From Gordius albopunctatus (lineage: Eukaryota), in assembly GCA_964276515.1 (NCBI GenBank), contig OZ193909.1, positions 17,050,001-17,114,000 of the forward strand: a DNA stretch of 64,000 bases. Direction: 5' to 3'. Shown piece by piece: positions 38,751 to 51,869 of the stretch (position 1 is its first letter; each line of letters begins with the position of its first letter). The notes below the pieces were generated by a model that saw only the letters and a list, made by a program, of their open reading frames with translations, was not told where the DNA came from and searched no databases. Both the position numbers and the translations under genes were made by a program.

Positions 38751-39941
38751 TACGTCTTCTTTTATTAGTGGGTCATTGTGTTAGTATAAATATATGTATC
38801 GATAAGTTTTTTAATACGTTAGTATCAGGAAAAAAAGATAATATTAATAACAATAATAAAAAAACATAATATTGCAAACTATAAGATTACGATATCCCCT
38901 TGACAAAGTTTTGGAAAATTACATAGCTAGGTATGGTTATAGTTTAGTTAGTTCGCTACAGTAGAATATGTAGTGGAGAACGGAGAGTCAGACAAACCTA
39001 TCAATTTAGATAAAAATTTTGGTATATACAGGATCCTGTGCATTTAGGCTTGCTTAATTGAAAGGCCTACTTGATAAAGAATAAGAAATTAATATACTGC
39101 TCGTTATAGAGCCTATAAAATTATGGCTAAAATTTCAAAAAAATCATTTTTCTGCTCACTAAATTATTATTGCCCCCCTCTAATTCCAATGCTGGCTATG
39201 CCCATGCTGCTCGTTGCAAATCCTTAAAATTGGCAACCAGCTGTAATTTGTCGACGTTTTGCACATATGTCGTTCATATTCAATTTTTCCAGGAAAAACG
39301 TGCAAAACTATGTAAAATAAGATGGACTTAATCTTTTTTTCTTGGAAATTCATAATTCAATCATCACCACTATTATAAAAAATTTTTACCTGGTAAATTA
39401 CTACTATATTCTAGGTAAAACATATATTTTTGTTTTAAAAATAAATTATCAATCAAATAAATTATTTTTAAATGTAAATTATGAATGAGTATGATAATTT
39501 AATAAATTTAAGGCTTTAATTTAAGACATAAAGCATTTATGGCATATTGTTTTTATAAATAATAATATTTTATTTATGACCTTAGTTTCATATTTTATCC
39601 TGACATGTTGCACTTAATAAATTTAGGCAACACTGAGTATTATTCTCAGTTTAGAAATAATTTAATATTCTATCATTAGTATTATTAAATTTAAAACCTT
39701 AATTAATTTTGTAAAAACTTTTTACATCCATTTCACGAGATACACAATTACATAAGTTTTAAAAATTATAAGAGTTCTCTTTTAGTGAGCTGCCATGTTT
39801 TGTCCTCCTAAAATTATGATTTAAATTGTTTCATTGTAACTTCTAGATTTATAAATAACCAACTGCGACTGACTAAATTAAAAATTACTAGGGTCCAATT
39901 TGTGGGCAAACTCTCATTGATGTTTTGTTATTAACGGACAT

Positions 39942-42900
39942 ATGGGTCACGTGATCGACCTCAAGGGGTACCGCCATTTCCCTGCCCCTGCCAAACGCCC
40001 TTCGCATATTCGCCGTTTCACTCTGTACGCTATCGTGGGCTTCGCATGCGCCCTTTCTCTCATCATAGTCCTCACCCTCTTTGCTCTGAAACCGCCAGGG
40101 GGTCACGTGATCAGGGGCGGGATCGATGACGGTTATGTTGACCCTGATGATATAAATCGTCTGCTCGATGAAGAGGACGACGCCGCCCTCACCTTCCAAG
40201 AAATTGACGACGGGGGTGCCGCCTTGCTGCGCAAACGCGTTCGCCATTTACTTAAGGTAAGGTCGCGACCTTTAACTTAGGGTTGCCTATCAAAAGTTTG
40301 GTGGGGGGAGGGGGCAAAAAGGGCTATTGGCCCCTAAATGCGTTTTTTATTGAATTTTGAACAAATTTCACTTTATTGTAAGGCATTATCATACCTTTTG
40401 CAGTGATTCGAACCATGGCTAAGTCATAGTTAAGTAAATTTTATTTTGTTTATCGATAGAAGTTTATTTACAAATATTTATGTATGTTAATTTGGCTAAT
40501 TAGGGGGGGGGCAGCACCTTAAATTCTAACTTTTATTAAATCCTATAGGCCAACACAATTCGTTCTCTCCATCATCCAGCTCTACACTCCTCACTTTCCT
40601 TTGGCATGCTATAATTTAAAATTTATATAATTAGATATCAAAAACATGCAATTACTATATAATGATGATACAGAAAAAAATAGATGTCTGAAACCCTATA
40701 TAAAAGTTTTTGCAATTTTTTAATAACTATACAAATCATCAATATTCATAATCAGATTAATGTAATATAAAATATACCTGCATAAATTACTATATTTTAA
40801 ATCAAAAATTATTTAAATAAATTTAATGTATTTCATAAATTTTTCTGAAATTTATATATAATTAATAAATATGTCCAAAATTATTTAAGCAAAACACATA
40901 AAATTTTCAAAAAAGTCTTTGCTAAATAATTAAAATACTGAAATAAATATTATCAAAGTTCAATAAAGATTCAAAATAAAAATTTTTAACTTACCGTTTT
41001 TAATAAAGTATGTAGGAATATCCATTAAATTTGAAATTGTTAGGGAAATTAATTTGTATGTATGTATTAATTTTAGGAATAGGAAATAAATAATGACTAC
41101 AGAAACACAATCGCAACTAGTAATCTAAAATCTCAAATTTAGATTTAATTTTACCAAAATAATTTAAATTTATGTGTAAATTCGCTAATATAAGCCTCTG
41201 TATTTATTTGCGTTAATTTCAAATGGGGGGGGGGGGGCAAAACATATTTTTTTTTAATTTTTAAGCGTTTTTGTATTGAAATTTTTCTTTTTTTCTAAAT
41301 TAGGGGGGGGGCAGCCGCCCCCCTGGCTACGCCCATGTATATTAAATTAATAAGCTGGCATCGAGCCATGGATTGAGATTATATTAGATTTCACAATTTC
41401 CATGGTGATTTTCTGCTAATCTAAATTTTAAAAAAATTTAAAATTTTGTTTGCGCTACCTGACTCAAAATATTAGTCGATTTTTCTCTCACCTTGGTTTA
41501 GTCGGACAATATGATTACAAATTACTTATAAGTGCTTAACAATTTAGGCAAAATGTAGCTTAAAACCCAAAATCTTACTCTGATTTCCAAATAATTGATA
41601 ATCTTGACATTTCTTGGGGAGGCTCATTCTTGGATGTAAGAAGGGGGTAGGGAAGGCGACTGGCCCCCTCCACTAAATTTAAAAAGTCGTTATTTTTTAT
41701 TGAAGTTATATGTAAAATTTTGAAAACCATAACATAACCCCCTAGCTAAATCACTTTAATTAAAATCCTGGTTATGCCCGTGAACTCACACTAATAACCT
41801 ATAAGATATGTCCAATCGAATTCTACATCACATAGATTTCTTCTATTCCTTTAATAGCATAGGTTTGTAGGGAAACTTATTTTTGTTGTTTGTCCGCGGT
41901 AAATTTTAAAAATACAAAATAATATTTTGCCTTAAATTTGGAAAAAATGTAATTAAAATTCAAGATTTAAATTATACTTAAATCGTTGATCAGGTGAGGG
42001 CTTCGGTTGCCGATGAAGTTACCGCTTTGGGCGTTCGTCGAGGAGGTTTGGAAGCGGAACTTCGCTCCCTCAACGCTCGAATCGCGGAGGTGCGGGACGA
42101 GTTACAAACTTCCGGGGAATCCTTGCGCGTCCTGGAAGAACAACTTGCGCAAGCGCGTTTTCGATCAGCTGATAAACGGCTGGTAGACGGCGGCACTCAG
42201 TCAACCGACGAAATCAGCGCCGAAATCGCCCTGTGGCAAGCGGCCATCTTGAAAGCATCTCAAATGGTGAGATTAAAACATGTATTTGTAATTTTTTATG
42301 ATATTCCAAGTCTTTTATCTTAAAAAGATTTCTTATTTTATATTTATCTACGATTATAATTACTTAATCAGATAACAAAATTAATATGGCAATTTGTGTA
42401 TTCAAGTTAAATTCTCATGCGTAAAAAATTGGTAATTTTTTTTTTAATAAGCAAATTAAAGCTAATTTTTTATTTTACGGGTTCGGGGCCCATTTGTATT
42501 TTAAATCACTATTTTGCCTATATTACGGAGTGTTAATATATGATGATATATGTAAACATGGGCGTAGCCAGGTTTTGGATTAGGGGGGGGGGGCAAAGCC
42601 TAAAATTTATTAATTTTAAAGTCGCCCCCCCCGGCTACGCCTTTGTATGTAAATTACATTAGTCAGCTAAGAGTGACGGACTGCTTTTTTTGTTTACCAG
42701 CTGAAATAATACCTCCGCCTCGCGCTTCTAAGAAATGTGGAGCTGTTAATGTTTAATTTTTAAGCCACCAAATTGCCGAACAAATTTTAATTTCATGTAT
42801 ACTCCCCTGTTAAGAAGGTACATTTTTTGAGGCTTAAGCTGGCCATCAAAAATGTCGTTTGCTTTTTATCGCTAAATTTAAATATTTGATTTCAAGAATT

Positions 42901-45900
42901 CAGTCGCTTGCCGAGGATTATTTTAATTCAGGGCATTTTCGATTGATTTAGCTAGCCCCTGCCAACCCGAGCCGGGTACAGGCTGGGCCAGGGGCGAACC
43001 GGAATGAAGGCGAGGAGGGGGAGAATTCAGAATGGGGGTCGTGCGACATGAACACTTGTTTCGACGCGGCTCGATGTCCTCTCTTACCCGGGTTGACCAT
43101 GGATATTTACGACGTCACCTCGCCCGCTTACCTCTCCCTCCTAACGGCTTATCTTAGGTGGGGCCTAGCCTTCCTAAACCTAAAAATTCTTTTAATTTAT
43201 TTTTACTAAATTTGGTTAAAATTTTGTAAAAATTAGCTCAGTGTCCTCTCTTTAAATATCACTAAACTTTTCAGAAGACGTGATTATAATTTCTTAGGTA
43301 TTTCAATGAAATTATTTATTGCTTTTCAAAAGTATGCTATATTTGAAATGTTATTACTATTTCTATTTTTGGGACCTTTTTAAGTACGGCTATTCTCTGT
43401 CAAATTTTTGTTAAGTATATTTTTTGAATTCGTCATCCCTTTATATTTTAGGGCTACGACCCCTTTGCCTGAACCATCGATTCAAAATTTCATACCCGAT
43501 CTTCACCAAATGGTCGATCTTTTAACGTCGGCCTCGCCCGATCTAAAGGTCGGCCCCGGAGAGACCGGACCCGCTCCTTGCCTCCGTTTTCTCCTCCTCC
43601 CCCTAACTTATACTATTACGTCATCTGTCTCGCCTTCGCCCGACCCCTCACTTATTCGTACTCTGAGGAACGCCCTCTCCGCCCTCCGTGACTGGTCTCC
43701 GCACGGGGCTAATTACGTCATCCTATTTGTGCCTTCGCCGGTGGCGCCTGGGGGGTCAACCTTTGCCGCCCATTCACACCCTCACGTCGGCACTGCCTTC
43801 GAGCGCGCCATCGTCGCGCGAAACGCATTCCCATCTTACCTCCCCCTTAGGGTCGCCTTCGACGTCGTAGCTTACCTCAGTACGCCCATCGTTTCCCCAC
43901 CCCTTGCTTCTGCCGACGTTGATCACGTGAACGAACAGCTGTTTACACCCCTGGTTCCCATAGTGAACGCAGCCGAATGTCACGTGATCTTTCCCGACTT
44001 CGTGCCCGAAGCCTGGTTTCTCGGCGACGATAAGGTGGACGCAGATCATGTGATAAAGTTTGCCATCGCATCCATCCGTACCCTAGCGACCACGTTCCCC
44101 CGCACCTATCGAGTCGAACGGGTGGGTGATAGTGTGACGTGGCAAAACCTCGCCCGTCTCGCTACGTTCACCCTAATCGTACCCGCCCTCTATGACGACC
44201 CAGATGTCGTAGGTGGAATGGGCGACGGCACCCTGTTAGACCACGTGATAGCGACCCTGATTTCGGGCTCCATTCCCCTGATCCTCGCTTCGGATCAGAC
44301 GTGGCGAAGTCGCGCCCTCCCCTATTCCGAATACCTGGATTGGGATAAAGTGCTCGTCGAATATCCACGTAAGTTTGGCGATTTATGAGAAAGCAGACGA
44401 TAAAATATGAGTATAAATATCTTTTGGCTATTATTTATTCGTTCTAAAGTAGTTGTTTTTTGTTATTTTAATGAAGGTCTATCTTATATGTTTGTTTGTT
44501 TTAGTATTAATCTTAGCCCTGCTTTGATTTCCTCGTATTTATTTTGTATATATTTAGGAAAACTAAAAAGGTTTGTTAGGGTATTAATAAATTATTACAA
44601 CAGGTCTACATTTAAGGATGTTCACCCAGTAAAACAATTAGAAACTTATTATAAAATAATAAATATAAAACCAAAAGTTTATGTATAAGAGGGCGGGAAA
44701 GGTTTCGAGATCGCTAAATAGATTTTCTAAGGCTTCAATAAATAAAGTTTTTAATGATTCCATTTTTAAGTTATCTTCCAGGAAAACCCCATTTATTTAA
44801 CTATTGCTAGTAAACAATCGTATCAACTAATTTAACTTTTCGACTTTTTTTTCTCGTTTTGAACGTTGAAAAAATTCGTAGAAGAAATGCTACTCAAAAA
44901 TAAAATAAATATAAAAACCTTATTATGCCTCAATTATCAAATTCTTTTAAAGGTGCTTGCTGTTAATTTTAAGAATATTTTATGAAATTTGCATAAAGGG
45001 ATATTACTATTTGAACTATGTTGAAAATGTTAAAATTTATTTTTTTCCATTAAAGTAAACCGAGTAAATGAGCTGCATTACATCTTGCGGTACAACTTGT
45101 TGAAGGCGGAACCCGATTTATTCGTGCTCAAAAAGGCGGGCCGCGATTTGCGAGACGCCTACTTCACCTTCCCAACCGACGCCACGGGACGCACAAACGC
45201 CACCACTCCATCCTACTATCCCCTGCGCTCTCCTACCTCCGCGCTAACCAATAACTTTAGGGCCTTGCTCAGCGTCTTTCACCAAAGGCTTCGAATCCCA
45301 TTCCGGCCCGACCTCCCGGTTCCGGCTCGGTTTCACCCGGTTCGAGTTGAAAGGGATCTTCCGCCCCTCGTGGAACATTTGGAATATCTGGGCCCTATCG
45401 AAGGGGCTGAACGAGGTTAAATTAGTTTAAAAAACTCTTGTTTGATAGAGGACTTTTGATATGACATAGCATATATATCTTGCTCATACATGAATTAGGG
45501 GTTGAGATGGAGTAAATTTTAAATGAAATTTTAATAACGAAAAAAGGGATAATTTTTGAAATTTTGAAGCACACGTCGTGAATCGCTGCTAGGTTGTGCT
45601 TTTAATATGAAATTTTATTGCCAATCGCAAGTTAAGATATGACTAGGTCGAAAGAGTGCGAAAATTTTTAGACGTAAGATGGCTAAGCCAATTTTTGTGA
45701 TTATCTTCAATTCTTCCGTGTCTAAACTTATTTTTTGGTTTTAATTTTAAGACTTTACTAAACTAGTGTGTCATTTTAGCCTAGAGATATGAATTAAATT
45801 ATCTAATCTCGGTAAAAGTTAATTTGCAACTGAAAAATCTGAAAATGATCATAACTCTTAGTCCCACCGCTTTTAGATTAGTTAAAATTTTAGCTAACTG

Positions 45901-48900
45901 ATTAAAAATGGTATTTATCAACGCTAGGTGGAACGGCCGCTAGCGAACCTTATTGTAGAAATTTTACGTCGCTCTCCCTGGACCGTTACGCCATATGGAA
46001 CGAACCGTCTCGGAGACTTGGTCTCTCCCCAGCTGACACCCCCTGGGACCCGGTTTTCCCATGCGATGCCAAATTTAAAGGTTATCATTATACAATTGTA
46101 TAATCATACATAATATGCCCTAACTAGATTTCTGTCACTCATTTTTATAAAAAATTCATTAAAATTATGGGTACAATTTTAAAAAATGATCATTTTTCCC
46201 CTATCTAAATTATTATTGCCCCACTCTAATTCCAATGCTGGCTACGGCCATCTATTTATTAACAAAATAAAACTTAAGGTTTTCACCTTGAAAAATCTAT
46301 AATTTTAAAATAGTTCCTTAAAAATTAATCTCGATTTACAAATTGTTAATACTCTAAAAAAGCATAATTTTAAAGTAAAAATATATTATTGTCAAACTTA
46401 GCCATAATTTTAGCAAATTTTTGGGTTTAGATCAGGGCGACAGACGCCTCTCCCTGCTTCCCCTTGGCTACGCTCCTGAATATGTATAATGTTTTTCACC
46501 TATTTCACCCGTAAGATGATAATTAAATATTTCGTATTATTAGGCTCCAATTACGGTTTTCGCCCCATCAATTATGGTTACGGAGGAACGGGGAAAGAAT
46601 TCTCCCTCTCCCTCGGTGGAAATTATCCCAAAGAACAGTTCACGAGTAATTATAGATTCAATTCATTAATCCATTGCCAATTTTAGTCAGGGGCTCCTTA
46701 ACATCCTCATGATACGTGGAAGTTTAGGGACTCGAATTTTTTGACTTTCGCTTTTTCAACAAATATTTGCTTGGGAGTAGATGAAGTCGGTCTAACTAGC
46801 TTTATATTTGTTTTGTATCATTTTGGGTGACGCATCAAGTTAGTCAATACGGTTTTGGCGCTTACTACCATCGGCGTTGCCAGGCTTAGAATTAGAGGGG
46901 TGGGGGCAATAATGATTTAGGGAGGGGCAAAATGAACATTTTTTCAAATTTTAGCCATTATCATTTGCGATTTGAAGGATTTTTGGATTTGGGGGCGGGG
47001 CAGCCGCCTCTCCCTCTCACCCCTGGCTACGGTCACGCATAACATATTTAGCTAGCTAACAAATTTTACCATATATCCTTAATTTAAAAAAATTCGTTTA
47101 TACGTGTTTCTAAATCATCTAATATAATTTATGTTAGCACGTGGGCCATTCCATAACAAATCTAAACGTTTTCGACAGACCATTTCAGATCAAGATAATT
47201 TTTGGCGAGGGTATAGGCCTCATTTATTAGAGTCATTTCTGAAAATTTTAGCCATTTAGGGCCGATACTTTTTAAGTTATGGAGGTTTTAAGGGCCAAAA
47301 TCACGTTCGGGAGCGTTTTATGAATTTTACTTTTTTTTGTCATATTTTTGAAATATTTATTTACCACATATTCTATATAAATTTGCAATTCGATAAAAAA
47401 GACAAACATCATAATATGTTCTTGTGATAATTGATTATACCGCCATCTATAAATATTTTTGTGGAAATGTAATTTTTCGAATTCTTGACCATCTCGTAGC
47501 CGTTCCCAAACTTTTTATGACTGAAATATGATAATGGGTCATAAAGGAGTGCACATTGTGAAATTGGTGATTTCATATAAAGGGTAAATATGTTTTTACG
47601 ATTTCCCACTAATTTGACCACAAGAAATTAACCGCAAAAGTTTGAGGTTTTTGCTCAAATTATTTCGATAGAGAATTTTTTTAGGAACAAAATGCATCAA
47701 AATTTGAATGAATAACGGAATTACTTTTAAAAATATGACAAAAAGCGGAAAATCCATAAAACCCTGTCGAACGTGATTTTGGCCCAAAATGGCTAACATT
47801 TTCAGAAATTACTCTAATAAATGAGGCCTACACCCTCGCCAAAAATTATCCTGATCTGAGATGGTCGATCGAAAATCGTCTTTTTTTGACGAATCGATCT
47901 ACATGGAATGGCCCACATAGGTTATAAAATATCGTTTTACTTTAAAATTGCGTTTTACAAAAGTAGTCCAGCCGGGTAGCTTAGATAGGGTCATAAAGAA
48001 ATTGCTATCCCAGCTCTGGTCGGGCTCATACTCTAGCCCTGTTTTTAACATTAATTACTTTTGTCGATATGCTTAATAAAAACCATAAAAATAAAATTAA
48101 TCTCATTCTAAATTAGTAATAATTATAATTTATTTGGCAGTCGTTATGCCGACGTACAAACGTGCGAATATGCTGAAGCAATTTTTGACGGAATTTAACG
48201 ATTTGCCCTACCTGAACCGAATAGTCGTGATTTGGAATGAAGTTGACAATCCGCCACCCGATAATTTAACACTGCCCAATATCCACGTCCCTATATACGT
48301 AATTTGTCACCCACCACTACGGTCAAAGTTTTAAGGATCCTAGTGAGCTAAGGAAAGTGTTATAGCGATGGACTAAGTTTGCTAAAAATACTGCAAATTC
48401 TAGGTTTTTCTGTATAAATTGTCACCCATAATTGAAGTTGCTCGTGCAAAATTTTCTATTTTAAATGGTTTTTTAAGTATAAAATAAAAAGCGCTATTTT
48501 TAGTTTATGTTAAATTAGATCCTGAAAGGCGCATTTACAATTTTTCGTAGATTTAAGTTTAAACATTGTAATTAATTTGCTATTCTGCATCAATACTTAA
48601 CTTTTTGCCCATTGCACCTTGAATCAAGTTTTGAAACTCATGGTTATATCTATTTCTTAGTTCATCCTATTTTAGTCTAAGAGCATTGAAGTTAATGTGA
48701 TTTAATAAGATTAGGTGATACTAATTAATATTAAATAAATCAAATAATTGCTAAAACTTAGTCGATTCCTAATTGACAATAATAAGGTAAAACATCTCAT
48801 CATTATCACGTATTTTGAAAATGTTTGACACTGGATTTTATGACTTTTAAAAGAAGTAGCATTCTCAAACAGATGCTGTGTTAAAAAAGCCATTTTAATG

Positions 48901-51869
48901 GCTAAAAATGGCATAAACTATGGATATGAAAATGTTTTAAAACCAAATGTGCCATTTAATTTCACCCTTTCTATAAAATCTGAAACACACCAGGTGTTGA
49001 AGGTTGACAAAAATAGCCTGAACAATCGCTTCATCCCCTACGACGTCATTGAAACGGATGCCGTTCTATCGCTAGACGACGATCTCTCACTGCGTCACGA
49101 CGAAATCATATTCGCTTTTAGGTGAGTTTTCTTCAATTACTGCCCAGCCTTTGACGCAAAATGAGATCGGTCATTTAATCGGGATGCTAGTTTGACTTGT
49201 TTTTACGCATCTTAATTATAGCGTATTTGTATTGTAGCACGAGTTATGCTTTTCGTATCTATGCCCTTGTGCTATCGTAGTAGTGTCCTTTGTTATCCAA
49301 AATCTTATATTACAAGCACTGTCCGCTAAAAAAAATTTTGTTGGAAGAAACGCTTCTTTATCGTAAGTATGACAAACGTATAACATGTTGAAATCATCTT
49401 CAAATCAGCGTTATGAGAATGAGATCGCTCTTTATAAATCTTTAGGCTTAAAATCACGTTATTCGAGATATTAGTCATTCGGTTCGTCTGAATTAGCTTT
49501 TTTATAAAAAAAAAAAGAGACTTCTCTTGAACTAGACGGTTGGGTTTGACAGATAGTCACTTGTCAAGCTCGCTACGGACCTGACTCGGGTATTTTACTG
49601 TTTGAACAGCTTTAAATTTTTTACGCGTTTCGAGATCAAATATTATAAACGGGCTTATGGCGGCGTATCGTTATTCTAATCGTTTCGGTTTGAATAATTT
49701 GAGTGGGTACAATCATAGGTTAAACACATTTTACCTTGGGCGTGTATCTCAAGTTGGAGACCCGTGATCTGATATCTCTTTTTAATTGCTATGCAATTTA
49801 TGGGCTCTCTTTTGGTTATCCGTCCGGTGTCTAACTCGTAATTTTTTATTAATTGCCGTCGAAACTTAAACGGGATTTTGTAAAAGACTTCCTTTACTTT
49901 CGCAAATAGACTAGCTAAAGACAGATGGTTGGTTCAATTTTTTTGCCTCGTCCGAGCTCAAATTCCACTACTTTTGGCCGGGCTGAGATTACCCGTTGAT
50001 ATAAATTGCTTTTGAAAATTTGTCTGATTCCCTCCAGATTAATAATTGGATACCACCGGTGTATAAAATAAAAAATTGTATTTCGGTATAATTTATTTGA
50101 TAAACTTTTCACGGCTTCATGTTGATGTATATTGAGCCCCGTGGAATAATCATTTTTGTGGGCGGGAGGGTTTAGAGTTTGGCGAGAATCTCGAGATAGG
50201 TTGGTGGGATTCCCGGCTCGCTACCACGCCTGGAACGCCAGCAGTCAGTTATGGCATTACAAATCCAATCACACCTGCGAATACTCGATGATACTCACCG
50301 GTGGCGCATTCATACACAAAGTAAGTGGGACGCCTTTTTAAACACCCTACTGTTCAGCCCATTTTTTGTGGGTCCCGAAATCAGAGATTAATAATACGAT
50401 ACGACTGGCGAATAGTTGATTTACGCGTTAAACGTTGACTTCTGGCATACGTGTCTTTTGAGAACCACCACATTACTATCGTTTTGTTGGGATGATGGTA
50501 TAGTTGGCACTGAAGTATACATATATTATCATCCTTAGCTTTGTCAGCAGCCCCTGTTATATCTACACAAGATTTTACAAATCCCTGATTGATCTATTTC
50601 CATTGCTTTCATAATTTTAACAATTGATAAAAATTAGGGGAATCAATTTGAATGAGTTTTTTTTGAATATGCACACTTGTGCAGTAAAAACCTGCAAACG
50701 TTATGGGAGAAAGAATCATGTGGACATCATACGAGTGTCTTCCCGTGCATATCGTTTTTTAGTTTGTTAATGCCTCAAACGTGTCGCCCTACACTCTTAC
50801 TTTATAATTATTATCAGCTATTCGTCGGTCTATTTGTTAAAATGGATTTTATCAACAAAATCGTAGATTTCGTAATTGGCTAAACCTGCTTTGAACCTTG
50901 ATTGCAATTCCTTTAAATTGGGAAATCTATTACACAGACAAAGTGTAGAATATTGTTTTCATGCTAGGACAAATATGCCTTTGCTTAGTCAACACGTGTA
51001 TGGATGTAATTTTATAAATGTTTTAACTTACATGGGCTGAACGATTGGGGTATACAAATTGTTAATATCACTGTATTATATTTTATCGGATAAATGACTT
51101 TTTTGACTATATTCGGCATTTCCCTAGGTTTTTATTCCCGAGATTGCCCGGCACTGGCCAATTTTCTCTAAGAAAATAGCAGATTTTGTACAAAAAACTC
51201 ATCGTTGTTTTTCTCTATTTTCACCGATCAGTACTTTTTCTACAAATACACCTACGACATGGCGAACATAATCAGGGACAAAGTTGACGAATGGATGAAT
51301 TGCGAAGATATCGCGATGAATTTCCTCATGGCACACATCACCAACAAACCACCCATCAAGGTATATACTCCGATGGATTATTCAAAATTTATTGTTTTTG
51401 ATTTTTGGGCTATAAGTTTAAACCTGCCCATGTTTGGTTTTAAATGTTTTACACTCTAAATTGGATGCGGGAAAAAGAAGTAAATTTTGTTTTCTTGTGG
51501 CAATGCTGTGCTTTTATCAAACTATAAAAGGTCGCATTCATTAGTCGTAATTTGCTGATCAAACGAACCCTCATGCTCGTGTTCAATCACAATTCATACC
51601 TTTTTTGGATAAAAATATTTATTTTTATAAACTAAAACGAATTTCCATTGGTTTTTAAGGTCACCGTTCGTTGGACCTTTAGATGCAAGGATTGCCCAGA
51701 ATCCCTATGGTACGGAACTGATCATTACGACAAGCGGTCGCATTGCATCAATTATTTCTCCAAAATATACGGTTACAATCCCCTCATGTACAGCCAATAC
51801 CGCGCCGATTCCGTCCTTTTCAAAACTCGCATACCCAAAGAAGAGAGAAAATGCTTCGTTTACGTCTAA
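39942..51869 (+). CDS. EXTL3: Exostosin-like 3 glycosyltransferase, copy 2, 12 exons, ~1031 aa
   Basis: Exons 39942-40256, 41994-42266, 42952-43157, 43452-44368, 45056-45415, 45928-46080, 46544-46645, 48141-48298, 48994-49121, 50176-50320, 51232-51360, 51660-51869. Same splice sites as copy 1, no stops or frameshifts seen, about 11 amino-acid differences by manual comparison. Confidence 0.93.
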
